Source of the DNA: Gemmata obscuriglobus
Lineage (GTDB): Bacteria; Planctomycetota; Planctomycetia; Gemmatales; Gemmataceae
Direction of reading: 5' to 3'
DNA: 32,000 nt
Assembly (NCBI RefSeq): GCF_008065095.1
Contig: NZ_CP042911.1
Coordinates: 6,720,001 to 6,752,000, forward strand
Part shown: positions 1 to 9,681 of the stretch, piece after piece
How positions within the stretch are numbered: position 1 is the first letter of the stretch
Layout of the letters: each line of letters begins with the position of its first letter
Position numbers and translations under genes: made by a program
Notes under the pieces: model-generated
The model's database searches: none
Told to the model about the DNA's origin: nothing
Seen by the model: only the letters and a program-made list of their open reading frames with translations

Positions 1-1051
1 GACTCGGCGGCGGAGCGATTGACTCACTCGCCGCTTGACTACCGTGTTCGGCTGGCGGTTTCGAGGGGTTCTTCTGCCCCTGCCCTACAGACGCCGCGAT
101 GGCCCCTCGCGCCCGGTCCGCTTCCGCAGCGCGCGTCAATACGTTCGAAGCGGTAGCCAGGGCCGGGGCCGCGGACCCGATCCACTCGCTGAAGGTGTCG
201 TCGTCGGTCGCGAGCGCCCCGGCGAGCGTCGCCGTCGTGTATTGCGCCCACTCGATCGCCCGCGCCGGAATCGGGCGCCCCGTTTCGCGTGCCGTCCGGA
301 CGAACGCACTCATCGCAGCCGCCGCGTCCGCGACGGGAACGCATTTGACCAGCCGGGCGGCCCCGCGCAACAGCTTGAGCGCTTCCTGCACCGGTTCCGT
401 GGCGGTCGGGTCCGAGGACAGATGCGGCAGCCCCTTTGTAATCACACGGAGGTGTTCACGGGCCTCTTCCCGGAACAGGTCGAGCATCGAGTGGTCGGTG
501 CGGAGCGCGAACGGCTCGCCGGGAATGCCGGCCGGCTCAAAGGCCGGCGGCTCGGGAAGCTCCACCGCCAGTGAAGCTGCCGCGGGGACAGGTTTCGCCG
601 GTTCGGCGGGCGGGGGTTCGCGCGGGGGCTCGGCGAACGTTTCGGGCCGGACGCCCTGTGCAATCGCGACGAGTGCGGGCTCCAGTGCGTCCACCAGCGG
701 CCGGTTCGCCTCCTCCCACGCGGCGGTGGTGTTCGGGCCGAGCGCCGCCAGCCCGGCGAGCACGTCGGCCCCGCGGAGGAGGACGTCGATGTCGGCCGGG
801 CCGAGCCGGATGCGACCGCCCTGCGCGGCGACCAGTGCGTCCTCCATGACGTGCGCGAGCCGCACCGCGGTGTCGATCCCGACGATCCGGGCCGCGCCTT
901 TGATCGAGTGCGCGGCGCGCATCAGCTCGTCGAGCAGCACCGGGTCAGTCGGGCGCGTTTCCACCGCGACGAGCCCGGTCGCGAGTGTGTCGGCGTGCGC
1001 CTTCGCCTCGTCGCGGAACAGGTCGAACATGGACGCGTCGAGGCCGTTCAT
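1..1051 (-). CDS. cheA: CheA-type histidine kinase, N-terminal part with two Hpt-like modules; the 3' end lies beyond the left edge
   Basis: I translated the minus strand by hand from the ATG at 1051-1049. It gives MNGLDASMFDLFRDEAKAHADTLATGLVAVE...LMRAAHSIKGAARIVGIDTAVRLAHVMEDAL, which contains the classic Hpt HSIKGAA phospho-His motif. A second Hpt-like module (MLDLFREEAREHL...ALKLLRGAARLV) lacks the His. The frame stays open to position 1, and the ORF track omits it because there is no stop inside the window. Its ATG overlaps the upstream gene's TGA as ATGA. Confidence 0.8.
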   Translation of the reverse strand, partial: MNGLDASMFDLFRDEAKAHADTLATGLVAVETRPTDPVLLDELMRAAHSIKGAARIVGIDTAVRLAHVMEDALVAAQGGRIRLGPADIDVLLRGADVLAGLAALGPNTTAAWEEANRPLVDALEPALVAIAQGVRPETFAEPPREPPPAEPAKPVPAAASLAVELPEPPAFEPAGIPGEPFALRTDHSMLDLFREEAREHLRVITKGLPHLSSDPTATEPVQEALKLLRGAARLVKCVPVADAAAAMSAFVRTARETGRPIPARAIEWAQYTTATLAGALATDDDTFSEWIGSAAPALATASNVLTRAAEADRARGAIAASVGQGQKNPSKPPAEHGSQAASESIAPPPS

Positions 1052-1710
1052 CGGAGCCGCTCGCGGAGGGTTTGGAACAGGCGCGCGTCGTCCAGCATGC
1101 CGACGGACCGGTTCGCGTGCGGGAACACCCCCCGGGTCAGTTTCACCTGCGCCCGGGACAGCGTTGGGGCGGCGGAGGTGAGGTCCGGTAGCAGCACGCG
1201 GTGCACCTGGTCCACCGCGTCGGCCGCGAACACCCAGGTCTCGGACTCGCGGCGGATCACCACGAACCGCCGCAGGTCCGGGTCGCCGTCCGGGGCGGCG
1301 CCGAGGACGAGGTCCATCCGGACGCACAGGTGCAGTTCGCCGCGGATGTTCGTCACCCCGGCGAGCAGCCCGCCGCGGTGCGGGATGCGGTGAACCGGCC
1401 GCGGGCGGGTGACCTCGACGAGTACGGCCACCGGCAGCGCGAGCCACTCGTCCCCGAGCCGGAACACCAGGACGCTCGACTCGTCGCCCTCGCGCACCTC
1501 GTCGCGGAGCGCGAGCCGCGCGGTCCACTCGGCGAGGTAGCCGTCCGGCGAGGGGGCGTCGAGGAACCGGCGGCCGGCGACGGCGAACACCGGGCAGTTG
1601 TTGCAGTGCGTGACCTTCAGCAGTTCGGGACAGGTGCGGTCGCCGCGGATCCCGATGCGGTTCCAGCACTGCTCGTCCGGCGGGACCAGCTTGAGGGGCT
1701 GTGGGGTCAT
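1048..1710 (-). CDS. CheW-like coupling protein with an N-terminal four-Cys motif
   Basis: This is the ORF 1048..1788. I prefer the start MTPQPLKL at 1710, because that ATG overlaps the cheR TGA as ATGA. The N-terminus carries CWNRIGIRGDRTCPELLKVTHCNNCPVF. It is followed by a CheW-domain pattern (VLVFRLGDEWLALPVAVLVEVT...GVTNIRGEL...VVIR). Confidence 0.8.
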   Translation of the reverse strand: MTPQPLKLVPPDEQCWNRIGIRGDRTCPELLKVTHCNNCPVFAVAGRRFLDAPSPDGYLAEWTARLALRDEVREGDESSVLVFRLGDEWLALPVAVLVEVTRPRPVHRIPHRGGLLAGVTNIRGELHLCVRMDLVLGAAPDGDPDLRRFVVIRRESETWVFAADAVDQVHRVLLPDLTSAAPTLSRAQVKLTRGVFPHANRSVGMLDDARLFQTLRERLR

Positions 1711-2900
1711 TGGTCCTCCCCGGGGCGGTGCTTCGCTAGCCGCTTGCGGAGGGCGTCGGCGCGGGCGGTCTGGCCGCGCCGCTCGCACAGCGTGATCATG
1801 TGGGTCACGGCTTCCCGGTGATCGGGGTCCAGGTAAAGGGCCTTGCCGAACGCATCGTAGGCCGCGTCCGTGTTGCCCGTCGCGAGTTGCACCACGCCCA
1901 ACAGCGCGAGCGCGTCGGCGTCGCCGGGGGCGGTGCGAAGGAGCGTTTCGCAGACGGCCCGGGCGTCGCCGAGGCGCCCGGCGTCGGCCAGCGCCCGGGC
2001 CGCGGCGAGCGTGCCGGGCGCCGGAACCGCGAGCGGCGGCGCGGGCGCCTTCGATGGCGGCCGTTGCGGCACAGGCAGAGAGGCCGGTACCGTGGCATGG
2101 ATGTCGCTGAGGCTTCCGGCCCGGCGGTAGATGCCGAACTCAGGCGGCCCGTCCGGGCTGAACCGGCCCGCCGGCAGCCGATCCGCTTCCGCGGGCGTGA
2201 GGCACAACCGGCCGTTGAGCGCGAGGAGGCGGTCCAGGTTCGCCACCGCCCGCTGCTTCGCCTCCGGGGTGAAGTAGATGAACACGTTGCGGCACACGAT
2301 CAGGTCGTAAGGCCGCTCGGTGGCGAGGAAGATCGGGTCAGTGAGGTTCGCGCTGAAGAACCGGACGGCGGCGCGGATGTGCGGCAGCACCTCCCACCGG
2401 TCGCCCACCTTGCGGAAGTACGGCGGGCGCACGTCCGGCCCGGGCTCGCGGAACGACGCCGCCGGGTAGCGCCCGGCCGACGCCCGCGCGAGGTTCGGTT
2501 CGGACACGTCGATGGCGTCGACGGTGTATGCGTCGGCACCGCCGAACTGCTCCAGGAGTGCGATGGCGAGCGAGTACGGCTCCTCGCCGGTGCTGCACGG
2601 CGCGCTCAGAACGCGGACGCTCGCGCCCGAGCGGTTCGCGCGGCTCGCCGCGAACCCCGCGAGCCGGTCGAACAGCGCCCGCCCGCCGCGAAAGAACCAC
2701 GTCTCGGACACGCTCAGCACCGCAGCCAGCGCGTCCCGCTCGGCCTGTTCGGTCAGGAGCCGGGCGGTATACAGCGCCAGTTCGTCGATGCCCCGGGCGG
2801 TCATTCGCACCTGAACGGCGCGGTCGAGCGCGCTCGTACCGAGGGTCGAAGGGTCGATGCCCAGCCGGTCGCGGACCGTGCGTTCGATGGCACCGCTCAT
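1707..2900 (-). CDS. cheR: CheR-type MCP methyltransferase with a C-terminal TPR region
   Basis: The sequence shows ETWFFRGGRALFDRL, the SAM-binding VRVLSAPCSTGEEPYSLAI, and DLIVCRNVFIYF. The C-terminus has TPR-like ALALLGVVQLATGNTDAAYDAFGKALYLDPDH. The start MSGAIERT at 2900 overlaps the upstream cheW stop as ATGA. Confidence 0.9.
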   Translation of the reverse strand: MSGAIERTVRDRLGIDPSTLGTSALDRAVQVRMTARGIDELALYTARLLTEQAERDALAAVLSVSETWFFRGGRALFDRLAGFAASRANRSGASVRVLSAPCSTGEEPYSLAIALLEQFGGADAYTVDAIDVSEPNLARASAGRYPAASFREPGPDVRPPYFRKVGDRWEVLPHIRAAVRFFSANLTDPIFLATERPYDLIVCRNVFIYFTPEAKQRAVANLDRLLALNGRLCLTPAEADRLPAGRFSPDGPPEFGIYRRAGSLSDIHATVPASLPVPQRPPSKAPAPPLAVPAPGTLAAARALADAGRLGDARAVCETLLRTAPGDADALALLGVVQLATGNTDAAYDAFGKALYLDPDHREAVTHMITLCERRGQTARADALRKRLAKHRPGEDQ

Positions 2901-3358
2901 GGCTCGAACCCCGCTTCGATCAGCCCACCGGACCCGGCCGCCACCTGCGCGAGCAGCCAATCGGGGTCGAGGAGGCGCAGGATACCTTGCCCGTCGGCCA
3001 GCGCCGGGCCGAGGCTCGGCCGGCCCGGCGGCCCGGGGATCGGTTGCGCGACCCCGGGCCGGATCTCACGGATCTCGGCCACCTGGGTGGCGAGCAGCCC
3101 CACCAGCGCCTCGGGGATGTCCAGCGGGTACGGGAACAGGATGATGCGGCTGCTCAGGTGCGGCGGGCACGCGCCCACACCCGCCAAGGCGTGCAGGTCC
3201 ACGACGGGGACCACGCGCCCGCGGTACACGAACACGCCCGCGATCCACGCCGGCGCGCCGTGGACGGCGGTGAGCTGAACGCGCGGCACCACCTCGCGCA
3301 CGCGGCGCACGTCCACCGCCACTTTGTCCGGACCGACCTGGAACACGAGACCGAGCAT
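2897..3358 (-). CDS. cheW: CheW coupling protein
   Basis: The CheW-domain pattern is MLGLVFQVGPDKVAVDVRRVREVVP...IAGVFVYRGRVVPVVDL. I prefer the ATG at 3358; an alternative GTG lies at 3388. Confidence 0.85.
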   Translation of the reverse strand: MLGLVFQVGPDKVAVDVRRVREVVPRVQLTAVHGAPAWIAGVFVYRGRVVPVVDLHALAGVGACPPHLSSRIILFPYPLDIPEALVGLLATQVAEIREIRPGVAQPIPGPPGRPSLGPALADGQGILRLLDPDWLLAQVAAGSGGLIEAGFEP

Positions 3359-3439
3359 GGGTTCGGTACTCACTCGCAGTTGGTGCACGCGCGTCTAAAC
3401 GCACCGCTCGGCGCGAGCCCTGGGGTTCGCGGCCGCCCG

Positions 3440-5098
3440 CTACGTTTTGAATTGGGCAATCTCTTCGTTGAGGGTCTCAACCGAGCTGCGGAGGTGCGCG
3501 GCGGTGCGCTCGAACTCCTTCACCGACTGCGCGCTGCGGTGTGTGGCCTCGGCGATCTGGGTCATCGCGTCGTTGATCTGCTGCGCGCCGGCGGTCTGGT
3601 TCCGCATCCCCTCGTTGACCAAGCGGAACCGCTGGTCGAGACTCTGCACCTCGTTGATGATCTCCCACGTCATCTGGTTGATCTTCGTCACCTGGTGCAC
3701 GCCGGACCGCACCTCGTCGGCGAACTTGTCCATCTGCATCACCCCCGCCGACACCGCGTCCTGCATGTGCCGCACCATCGTCTCGATGTCGAGGGTCGCG
3801 ACGGCCGTCTGGTCGGCGAGCCGGCGGATCTCGCGCGCCACCACAAGGAACCCGCGCCCGTACTCGCCGGCCTTTTCTGCCTCAATGGCGGCGTTGATCG
3901 AGAGGAGGTTGGTCTGGTCGGCGACCTTGGTGATAGTCGTCACCACCGCGTTGATGCTGTCGGCCTTCTCACGGATCATGCCCAGCTTCGTGGACACGGA
4001 CTGGGTGGACTCCACGAGCTGCTTCATCTCGGTCGCCATCTTGGTCGTGTTGTCGCGCCCCTTGGTGGCGAGGTCAGACGCGTGCGCGGCGGTCTGGCTC
4101 ACCTCGTTCATGGTCCCGGCCAGGTCCTTGCTCGTCGCCGACACCTGGCGCACCGAGGCCGCCACCTCGGTGGTCGAGGAACTCAGGTTGTTGACGGTCT
4201 GCTCCTGGTTCCGGGCGGTCGAGGCGATCTGCGAGGCGATGGCGAGCAGTTGCAAGCTGGACTCGCGGGCCTTGCCGACGATGCCCTGGATCTTCTCGAT
4301 GACCGCGTTGATGCCCCCGGCGAGCTGGGCCATCTCGTCCTTGCCGTCCACCGGAAGCCGCGCGGTCAGGTCCCCGGCCCCGCTCGCCATCTCGCAGAGC
4401 CGCTGGTTGAGCCCCCGGGCCGACACCACCACGCTGCGCACGATGTACCCGCCGACCAGGCCGAACGTGAGTATGGCGGCGGTACTCAGCGTGACCGTCA
4501 TGTACACCCAGAAGCGGACCGTACCGGCCATTGCCGCCTCTGCCGCCTGGGTCGAAGAGTCGACCGCCGTCGCGGCGTCGCGCATCGCCTGGCTGTGGAG
4601 GCGGTACTCCGGCCCGATCTTGCCAATGAGCACCGCAGCGGCCTCCTTCCGCGCCTTCTCGTCGCCGCGCAACTTGGGGAAATACTCCTCGTTGGCGAGC
4701 CGGAACACTTCGACCGCGGACTTGTGCCCGGCCCCGGTCGGTTCGAGCGCCTTGCGGGCGGCCGGGTCGATGGGCTCGCGGAGCCACTCGTCGCGCCGCT
4801 TGTGGTACTCGGCCTCGTACTCGCGGTACGAGGCCGTCGCGCGCCGCCGCTCCTCGTCGGTCTGCGCGTTCTCGATCTCGTGGAGCATCAGGAAGCAGCG
4901 GCCGATCAGCAGCGGGGGCGGCGTCAGCTCGTTGATGAGTTCCTTGCGCCGCGCCAGTTCCTCGTAGGCGGCGCCGCCGACGCGGTATCGGTGGAGCAGG
5001 TATCCGGTGAGGCCCAGCGCCAGCAACACGGTCACGGTGTACCCGAACAGGAGCGCGTCGAGCTTCACGCGCAGCGAGACGTCGCGGAGACGGATCAT
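3440..5098 (-). CDS. Methyl-accepting chemotaxis protein (TM-sensor-TM, HAMP, MA domain)
   Basis: It has the highly conserved signalling hairpin ADQTNLLSINAAIEAEKAGEYGRGFLVVAREIRRLADQT. It also has a HAMP-like segment and two hydrophobic segments. The start MIRLRD at 5098 sits just before the first TM segment; the track ORF extends to 5179. Confidence 0.9.
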   Translation of the reverse strand: MIRLRDVSLRVKLDALLFGYTVTVLLALGLTGYLLHRYRVGGAAYEELARRKELINELTPPPLLIGRCFLMLHEIENAQTDEERRRATASYREYEAEYHKRRDEWLREPIDPAARKALEPTGAGHKSAVEVFRLANEEYFPKLRGDEKARKEAAAVLIGKIGPEYRLHSQAMRDAATAVDSSTQAAEAAMAGTVRFWVYMTVTLSTAAILTFGLVGGYIVRSVVVSARGLNQRLCEMASGAGDLTARLPVDGKDEMAQLAGGINAVIEKIQGIVGKARESSLQLLAIASQIASTARNQEQTVNNLSSSTTEVAASVRQVSATSKDLAGTMNEVSQTAAHASDLATKGRDNTTKMATEMKQLVESTQSVSTKLGMIREKADSINAVVTTITKVADQTNLLSINAAIEAEKAGEYGRGFLVVAREIRRLADQTAVATLDIETMVRHMQDAVSAGVMQMDKFADEVRSGVHQVTKINQMTWEIINEVQSLDQRFRLVNEGMRNQTAGAQQINDAMTQIAEATHRSAQSVKEFERTAAHLRSSVETLNEEIAQFKT

Positions 5099-5228
5099 GG
5101 GTGCGAGCCCGTGGTGTGCGTGGGTCCGGCAGGGCGATCCTAGCTGCGCCACGGGGACCGAACTAGGCGCATCACCCAATCAACGGACTTTGCCCACTAT
5201 ACCACGAGCGCCCGATCGGCATAACCGG

Positions 5229-6389
5229 TCAGAAACGCACATCCATCATCGAGAAATCGTCCGCAAGCACCTCCCGACCGCCGAGCTCGCGGACGTACTC
5301 GAGGTGCCGGCCGATCAGATCCCCCTCGCGAGCGAGTTCGGAAGAGATGAGTGCCAGGAAGTCGGCCCAGGGCCACATTTCGCCGCCGGTCTGTTCGATC
5401 TCCATGATGCCGTCACTAAACACGAGCAGCCGGGCGTCCGGCGAGACCGGCACGGACTTGGTGTCGTAAGGCATCTCGGGCATCATCCCGACCGCAGGCG
5501 CCTCGGCTTCGAGGCTGTGGAGCGTGCCGCCCGAGAGCAGCAGCGCCGGCGGGTGCCCGGCGTTACAGTATGCGAGCGTGCGGTTCGCCGCGTGGTACAC
5601 GCCGTACCAGATGGTGAAGTACTTACCGTCCTGGCGGTCCATCTGGAACATGTCGTTGAGTTTGGTGACCACGGCGCCCGGGTCGCGCGGGTCGGCGCCC
5701 GGAATCGAGTTCGCGGAAAGTACGTTCCCCGCGGATACCGCCAGGAGCGCCGACCCGACCCCGTGCCCGCTCACGTCGAGCAGGTACAGCGCGAGGTGCT
5801 CCTTGTCGATCCACCGGTAGCCGAACATGTCGCCGGCCAGTTGCGTGGACGGCACGAACTTCCACGCGATCTGGACCGGACCCGAGGAGAGCGGCGGCGG
5901 GAGCAGCGACTGAACGTACCGGGCGGCGCGGCTCAGCTCCGCGGCCATCTCGCGCTGGGTCGCCGCCAGCTCCCGGTAAGCTTCGTTCCGCTCCAGCAGC
6001 GCGACGTACCCGCGCGAGTGGTACCGGACCCGCGCGAGCACCTCCAGCCGGTCCGGCAGCTTCACCATGTAGTCGTTGGCACCCAGCGCGAACGCCTTCG
6101 CCTTCACGACGGGCTCTTCCTTGCTCGACAGGACCACCAGCGGAACCTCGCGGGTCCCGGAGTTGGCGCGAAAGTATTTCACCAACTGCAACCCGTCGAT
6201 GTCCGGCATGACGAGGTCTTGCAGGATTACGGTGGGCTTGAACGCGTTGGCGGTGTCGATGGCGTTGGCCGGGTCGGGGCAGTACCGGAACTCGACGAGC
6301 GGCTCGTCCGCGAGCATCCGGCGCACGGTCTCGCCGACCATCGGCTGGTCGTCCACGAGCAACACTTTGATCGGGTGCGGTTCGGCCAT
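5229..6389 (-). CDS. Response regulator receiver fused to a PP2C/SpoIIE-type phosphatase (RsbU-like)
   Basis: The REC domain shows KVLLVDDQ...VILQDLVMPDIDGL...VVLSSKEE...GANDYMVK. The PP2C/SpoIIE domain shows GDMFGY...LYLLDVSGHGVGSALL...YCNAGHPP...LLVFSDGI. It is the first gene of the minus-strand che operon. Confidence 0.9.
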   Translation of the reverse strand: MAEPHPIKVLLVDDQPMVGETVRRMLADEPLVEFRYCPDPANAIDTANAFKPTVILQDLVMPDIDGLQLVKYFRANSGTREVPLVVLSSKEEPVVKAKAFALGANDYMVKLPDRLEVLARVRYHSRGYVALLERNEAYRELAATQREMAAELSRAARYVQSLLPPPLSSGPVQIAWKFVPSTQLAGDMFGYRWIDKEHLALYLLDVSGHGVGSALLAVSAGNVLSANSIPGADPRDPGAVVTKLNDMFQMDRQDGKYFTIWYGVYHAANRTLAYCNAGHPPALLLSGGTLHSLEAEAPAVGMMPEMPYDTKSVPVSPDARLLVFSDGIMEIEQTGGEMWPWADFLALISSELAREGDLIGRHLEYVRELGGREVLADDFSMMDVRF

Positions 6390-7142
6390 CGCTCGATTTC
6401 ACCCCTGCTGAATCCGAACTTTCGACGAAAGGTTTTTCTCAACACCAGCTTTCGACATTCCGAAACACGGGTTGCTGCTCTTGAGCCACATTACGTAAAG
6501 AGGTAATCGAGTCGATCTCCGACATCAATTCCGCGAGGCCTCACGACGTTTTTACCAGTTTGGTAACCGTGTGACCCGCGCCGAGGAGCGGCGACACGTG
6601 GGCCGTCGTTGGAGACGAGTGCGGTCAAGATCCCATCTCGAATCGCGCGGGGCTTGCCGGATCGAATGTTGGGCTTCTTGAAGCGCGTTGGAGGTCCTGC
6701 ACCTCCCTGGGCTCGTACTTCTTCCCACCGACAGGGTAGCCGGGAGGCCGCAAATCACCCAAGCAAATTCAATCCAAATCAATCAAAAGAAAATAATATC
6801 TCGTTAACTTCCCGAATCAAGCGTTACAACAAGACGAAAAGTGGCGCCGCCGGGCAAACTTCTTGCGCCTTCGATCGATTTGCATGTCAGGATACTTCCG
6901 GACAGGCTTCGCGGTGCCAAGAACGGCAGCCGCACTGGCAAGTGGCTCGGGTAGCGAAGCGAATAAAGCAGTCCGTTTGCCAGATAAAATCTTTATGCTT
7001 TTGGTAGCGAGTTATTTCACGGTCGCGTTCTGCTCTTATTGCCTCACTTCATACTGCCGGCAACAATCTCATTACGCACCACGAACGTTCTTGCGCAATC
7101 GCCACATCTCACGCGTCCGCATCACGTTCAGGAGGCGACCCC
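6390..7142. promoter_or_regulatory. Divergent intergenic region of 753 bp between the che operon and the plus-strand MCP, with locally AT-rich cores
   Basis: No ORF here looks coding. AT-rich stretches at about 6763-6843 and 6961-7022 stand out against the GC-rich flanks. An AGGAGG Shine-Dalgarno at 7130-7135 lies 7 nt before the ATG at 7143. No promoter boxes can be assigned with confidence. Confidence 0.4.
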
Positions 7143-9455
7143 ATGTCCAATCGATTAGTGACCCAGTTCAACAACCTCAGCATCGGCACCCGGATCGTCG
7201 GGGGGTTCATGCTTCTCGCACTCGCGAGCGCGGCCGTCGGGTACAGCGGCATCCTGGCCCTGTCGCAGAGCAACAAGGCGCTGGAGAACGCGAACGGGAA
7301 CCTGATCCCGTCGATCCGCGCGCTCACCAACATGCGGGGAGCGTTGGGTGCGGTCCAGCGGAACGAGCGGAACGCCGTCATCGCCGCCCGGCTCACGGAC
7401 GAGGCCGCGCGGCACCAAGCCATCCGCGCGGCCGGCGACGCGTGGGAGCAGATCGTGAGCTGCACCAAGCAGTACGAGTCGTGCCCCATGATCGAGAAGG
7501 AAAAACAGCTTTGGGGGGAGTTCCGCCTGCGGCTCGATGAGTTGCGGCGCGACCACGAGGCCGTGCTCGCCGCGCTGCGGACCGGCAACTTGGAGGGCGC
7601 CGAGAAGCTGTGTATCGCGTCTCTCCCGAACGCGACGACGGCGAACGCACGGCTGAACGCCCTGATCGACCTGCAAAGCGAGGTCGCCCAGCAGGACTAC
7701 AAGGCGGCGCAGGAGCAGTACGCGTCGGCCCGGAACACCGTGTTCGCTACCGTCGCCGCGGCGGCCATCGCTGCGGTGATGCTGGGGCTGTTCTTCCGCG
7801 GACTGATCGTGGGTCCGCTGAGCGCCGCCGTGCACGCCCTCCGGTCGGTAGCGACGGGCGACCTGACCAAGACGGTTCCGATGTCATCACGGGACGAGTT
7901 CGGCCAACTGGGCGTGGCACTCAACGACACGGTGACCGGAATCCAAGCTGCCCTCAAGCAGGACCACGTCAACTGGGAGGCGGTCGGCAAGGAGCGGGAG
8001 CAAAACATCGACTACGTTGGTCAGATCGCGGCCGTCGGTAAGGCGATGGCGGTGATCGAGTTCAAGCTCGACGGGACCATTGTTGCGGCCAACGAGAACT
8101 TCCTTGGCGCCCTCGGGTACGCGATGGCCGAGATCCAGGGGCGGCACCACAGCATGTTCGCCGAGCCCTCGTATGCCGCGAGCCACGAGTACCGCGAGTT
8201 CTGGGCCAAGCTGAACCGCGGCGAGTACGTGGCGGGGGAATTTAAACGAATCGGCAAGGGCGGCAAGGAGGTGTGGATTCAGGCGTCGTACAACCCGATC
8301 CTCGACCGCAACGGTAAGCCTTACAAGGTAATCAAGTTCGCGGACGACATCACCGCCGCCAAAAAAATGGAGCTCAAGGTCAAAGAAGACGCAGTCGAGT
8401 TGCAACGCAAGGTGGACGTGATCGTCACCTCGGCGGACGCAATGGCCAAGGGCGACTTCACGGTGGACGTTCCGGACCTGGGCTCCGACACGGTTGGTAA
8501 AATGGCCCAATCGCTGAACCGGGCCGTGGTGTCGATGCGAACGGCACTCGAGGGAGTGCGGGACGTGTCGGGGCAACTGGCCGACGCGGCCGGTCAGTTG
8601 TCATCGGCCAGCCAGGAGATCTCCACGGGCGCCCAGCAGCAGGCCAGCAGCCTCGAGGAAACGGCCAGCACCTTGGAGCAGATCACGGCCACCGTCAAGC
8701 AGAACGCGGACAGCGCGCAGCAGGCGCGGCAACTGGCGAGCGGGTCCAAAGAAGCCGCGGAGAAAGGTGGGGCGGTGGTCGGGAGCGCGGTGAACGCGAT
8801 GGCCGAGATCAACGGGTCGTCGAAGAGGATCGCGGACATCATCACGACCATCGACGAGATCGCGTTCCAGACCAACCTGCTGGCCCTGAACGCGGCCGTC
8901 GAGGCCGCTCGCGCTGGCGAGCAGGGGCGCGGGTTCGCGGTGGTCGCCACCGAGGTGCGGAACTTGGCCCAGCGGTCCGCGACGGCAGCGAAGGAGATCA
9001 AGAGCCTGATCCAGGACAGCGTGAAGAAGGTGGACGCAGGCACCGAGTTGGTGAACAAGTCGGGCGACACGCTGGCCGAGATCGTCACCAGCGTCAAGCG
9101 GGTGACCGACATCGTGACCGAGATCGCGGCGGCCGGAAAAGAGCAAGCCACCGGCATCGAGCAGGTGAACAAGGCGGTGAGCCAGATGGACAGCGTCACC
9201 CAGCGAAACGCGGGCCAGACCGAGGAGATGTCGGCCACCGCCCAGACCCTTACCGACCAAGCCGCCCAGCTCCGCGACCTGGTCGCCCGCTTCAAGCTCT
9301 CCGCCGACACCGGGCACGAACGGGTGCGTCCAGCACCCAGGACCGCCCGCAAAATCGGCGGCCCCAGGCCGCGGCCTTCGGTCGCAAAGGCGCTGGGCAA
9401 CGGCGGCCACGAGTTGGACGCGATCGGGGGTAATGACGGGTTCACGGACTTCTGA
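7143..9455 (+). CDS. Methyl-accepting chemotaxis protein with a 4-helix-bundle sensor, HAMP, PAS and MA domains
   Basis: An N-terminal TM segment and helical sensor are followed by a second TM and a HAMP segment ([21 protein letters not shown]). The PAS region reads [24 protein letters not shown]...[13 protein letters not shown]. The MA hairpin reads [39 protein letters not shown] Shine-Dalgarno sequence lies upstream. Confidence 0.9.
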   Translation: MSNRLVTQFNNLSIGTRIVGGFMLLALASAAVGYSGILALSQSNKALENANGNLIPSIRALTNMRGALGAVQRNERNAVIAARLTDEAARHQAIRAAGDAWEQIVSCTKQYESCPMIEKEKQLWGEFRLRLDELRRDHEAVLAALRTGNLEGAEKLCIASLPNATTANARLNALIDLQSEVAQQDYKAAQEQYASARNTVFATVAAAAIAAVMLGLFFRGLIVGPLSAAVHALRSVATGDLTKTVPMSSRDEFGQLGVALNDTVTGIQAALKQDHVNWEAVGKEREQNIDYVGQIAAVGKAMAVIEFKLDGTIVAANENFLGALGYAMAEIQGRHHSMFAEPSYAASHEYREFWAKLNRGEYVAGEFKRIGKGGKEVWIQASYNPILDRNGKPYKVIKFADDITAAKKMELKVKEDAVELQRKVDVIVTSADAMAKGDFTVDVPDLGSDTVGKMAQSLNRAVVSMRTALEGVRDVSGQLADAAGQLSSASQEISTGAQQQASSLEETASTLEQITATVKQNADSAQQARQLASGSKEAAEKGGAVVGSAVNAMAEINGSSKRIADIITTIDEIAFQTNLLALNAAVEAARAGEQGRGFAVVATEVRNLAQRSATAAKEIKSLIQDSVKKVDAGTELVNKSGDTLAEIVTSVKRVTDIVTEIAAAGKEQATGIEQVNKAVSQMDSVTQRNAGQTEEMSATAQTLTDQAAQLRDLVARFKLSADTGHERVRPAPRTARKIGGPRPRPSVAKALGNGGHELDAIGGNDGFTDF

Positions 9456-9681
9456 TACCGAACCCGATCGGGCTCGGGCCGCGCTTCATTTCGGACCGTT
9501 GCCGACCGGTTGAGATGGGGGCCGGGGGGGGAAAGCGACTCCACTCGCCAGGAGTTGCGACGTGAGCGTGATTGGCCCGCGCGTCGTTGAAATTTCATCG
9601 TGCATCGCCGGCCTCAATTGCCGGAACAGATTTCTTGTTGCCCTGTAAGATGGGGAGCAGAAAGGCACAGTTCGGCGTGTC

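Noticed and set aside
9456-9681. The small palindrome CCCGATCGGG just after the MCP stop, and a 60-aa minus-strand ORF at 9486-9668.
   Set aside because: The palindrome is short with no U-tract, and the ORF shows no coding signal. Neither is enough to call a feature.
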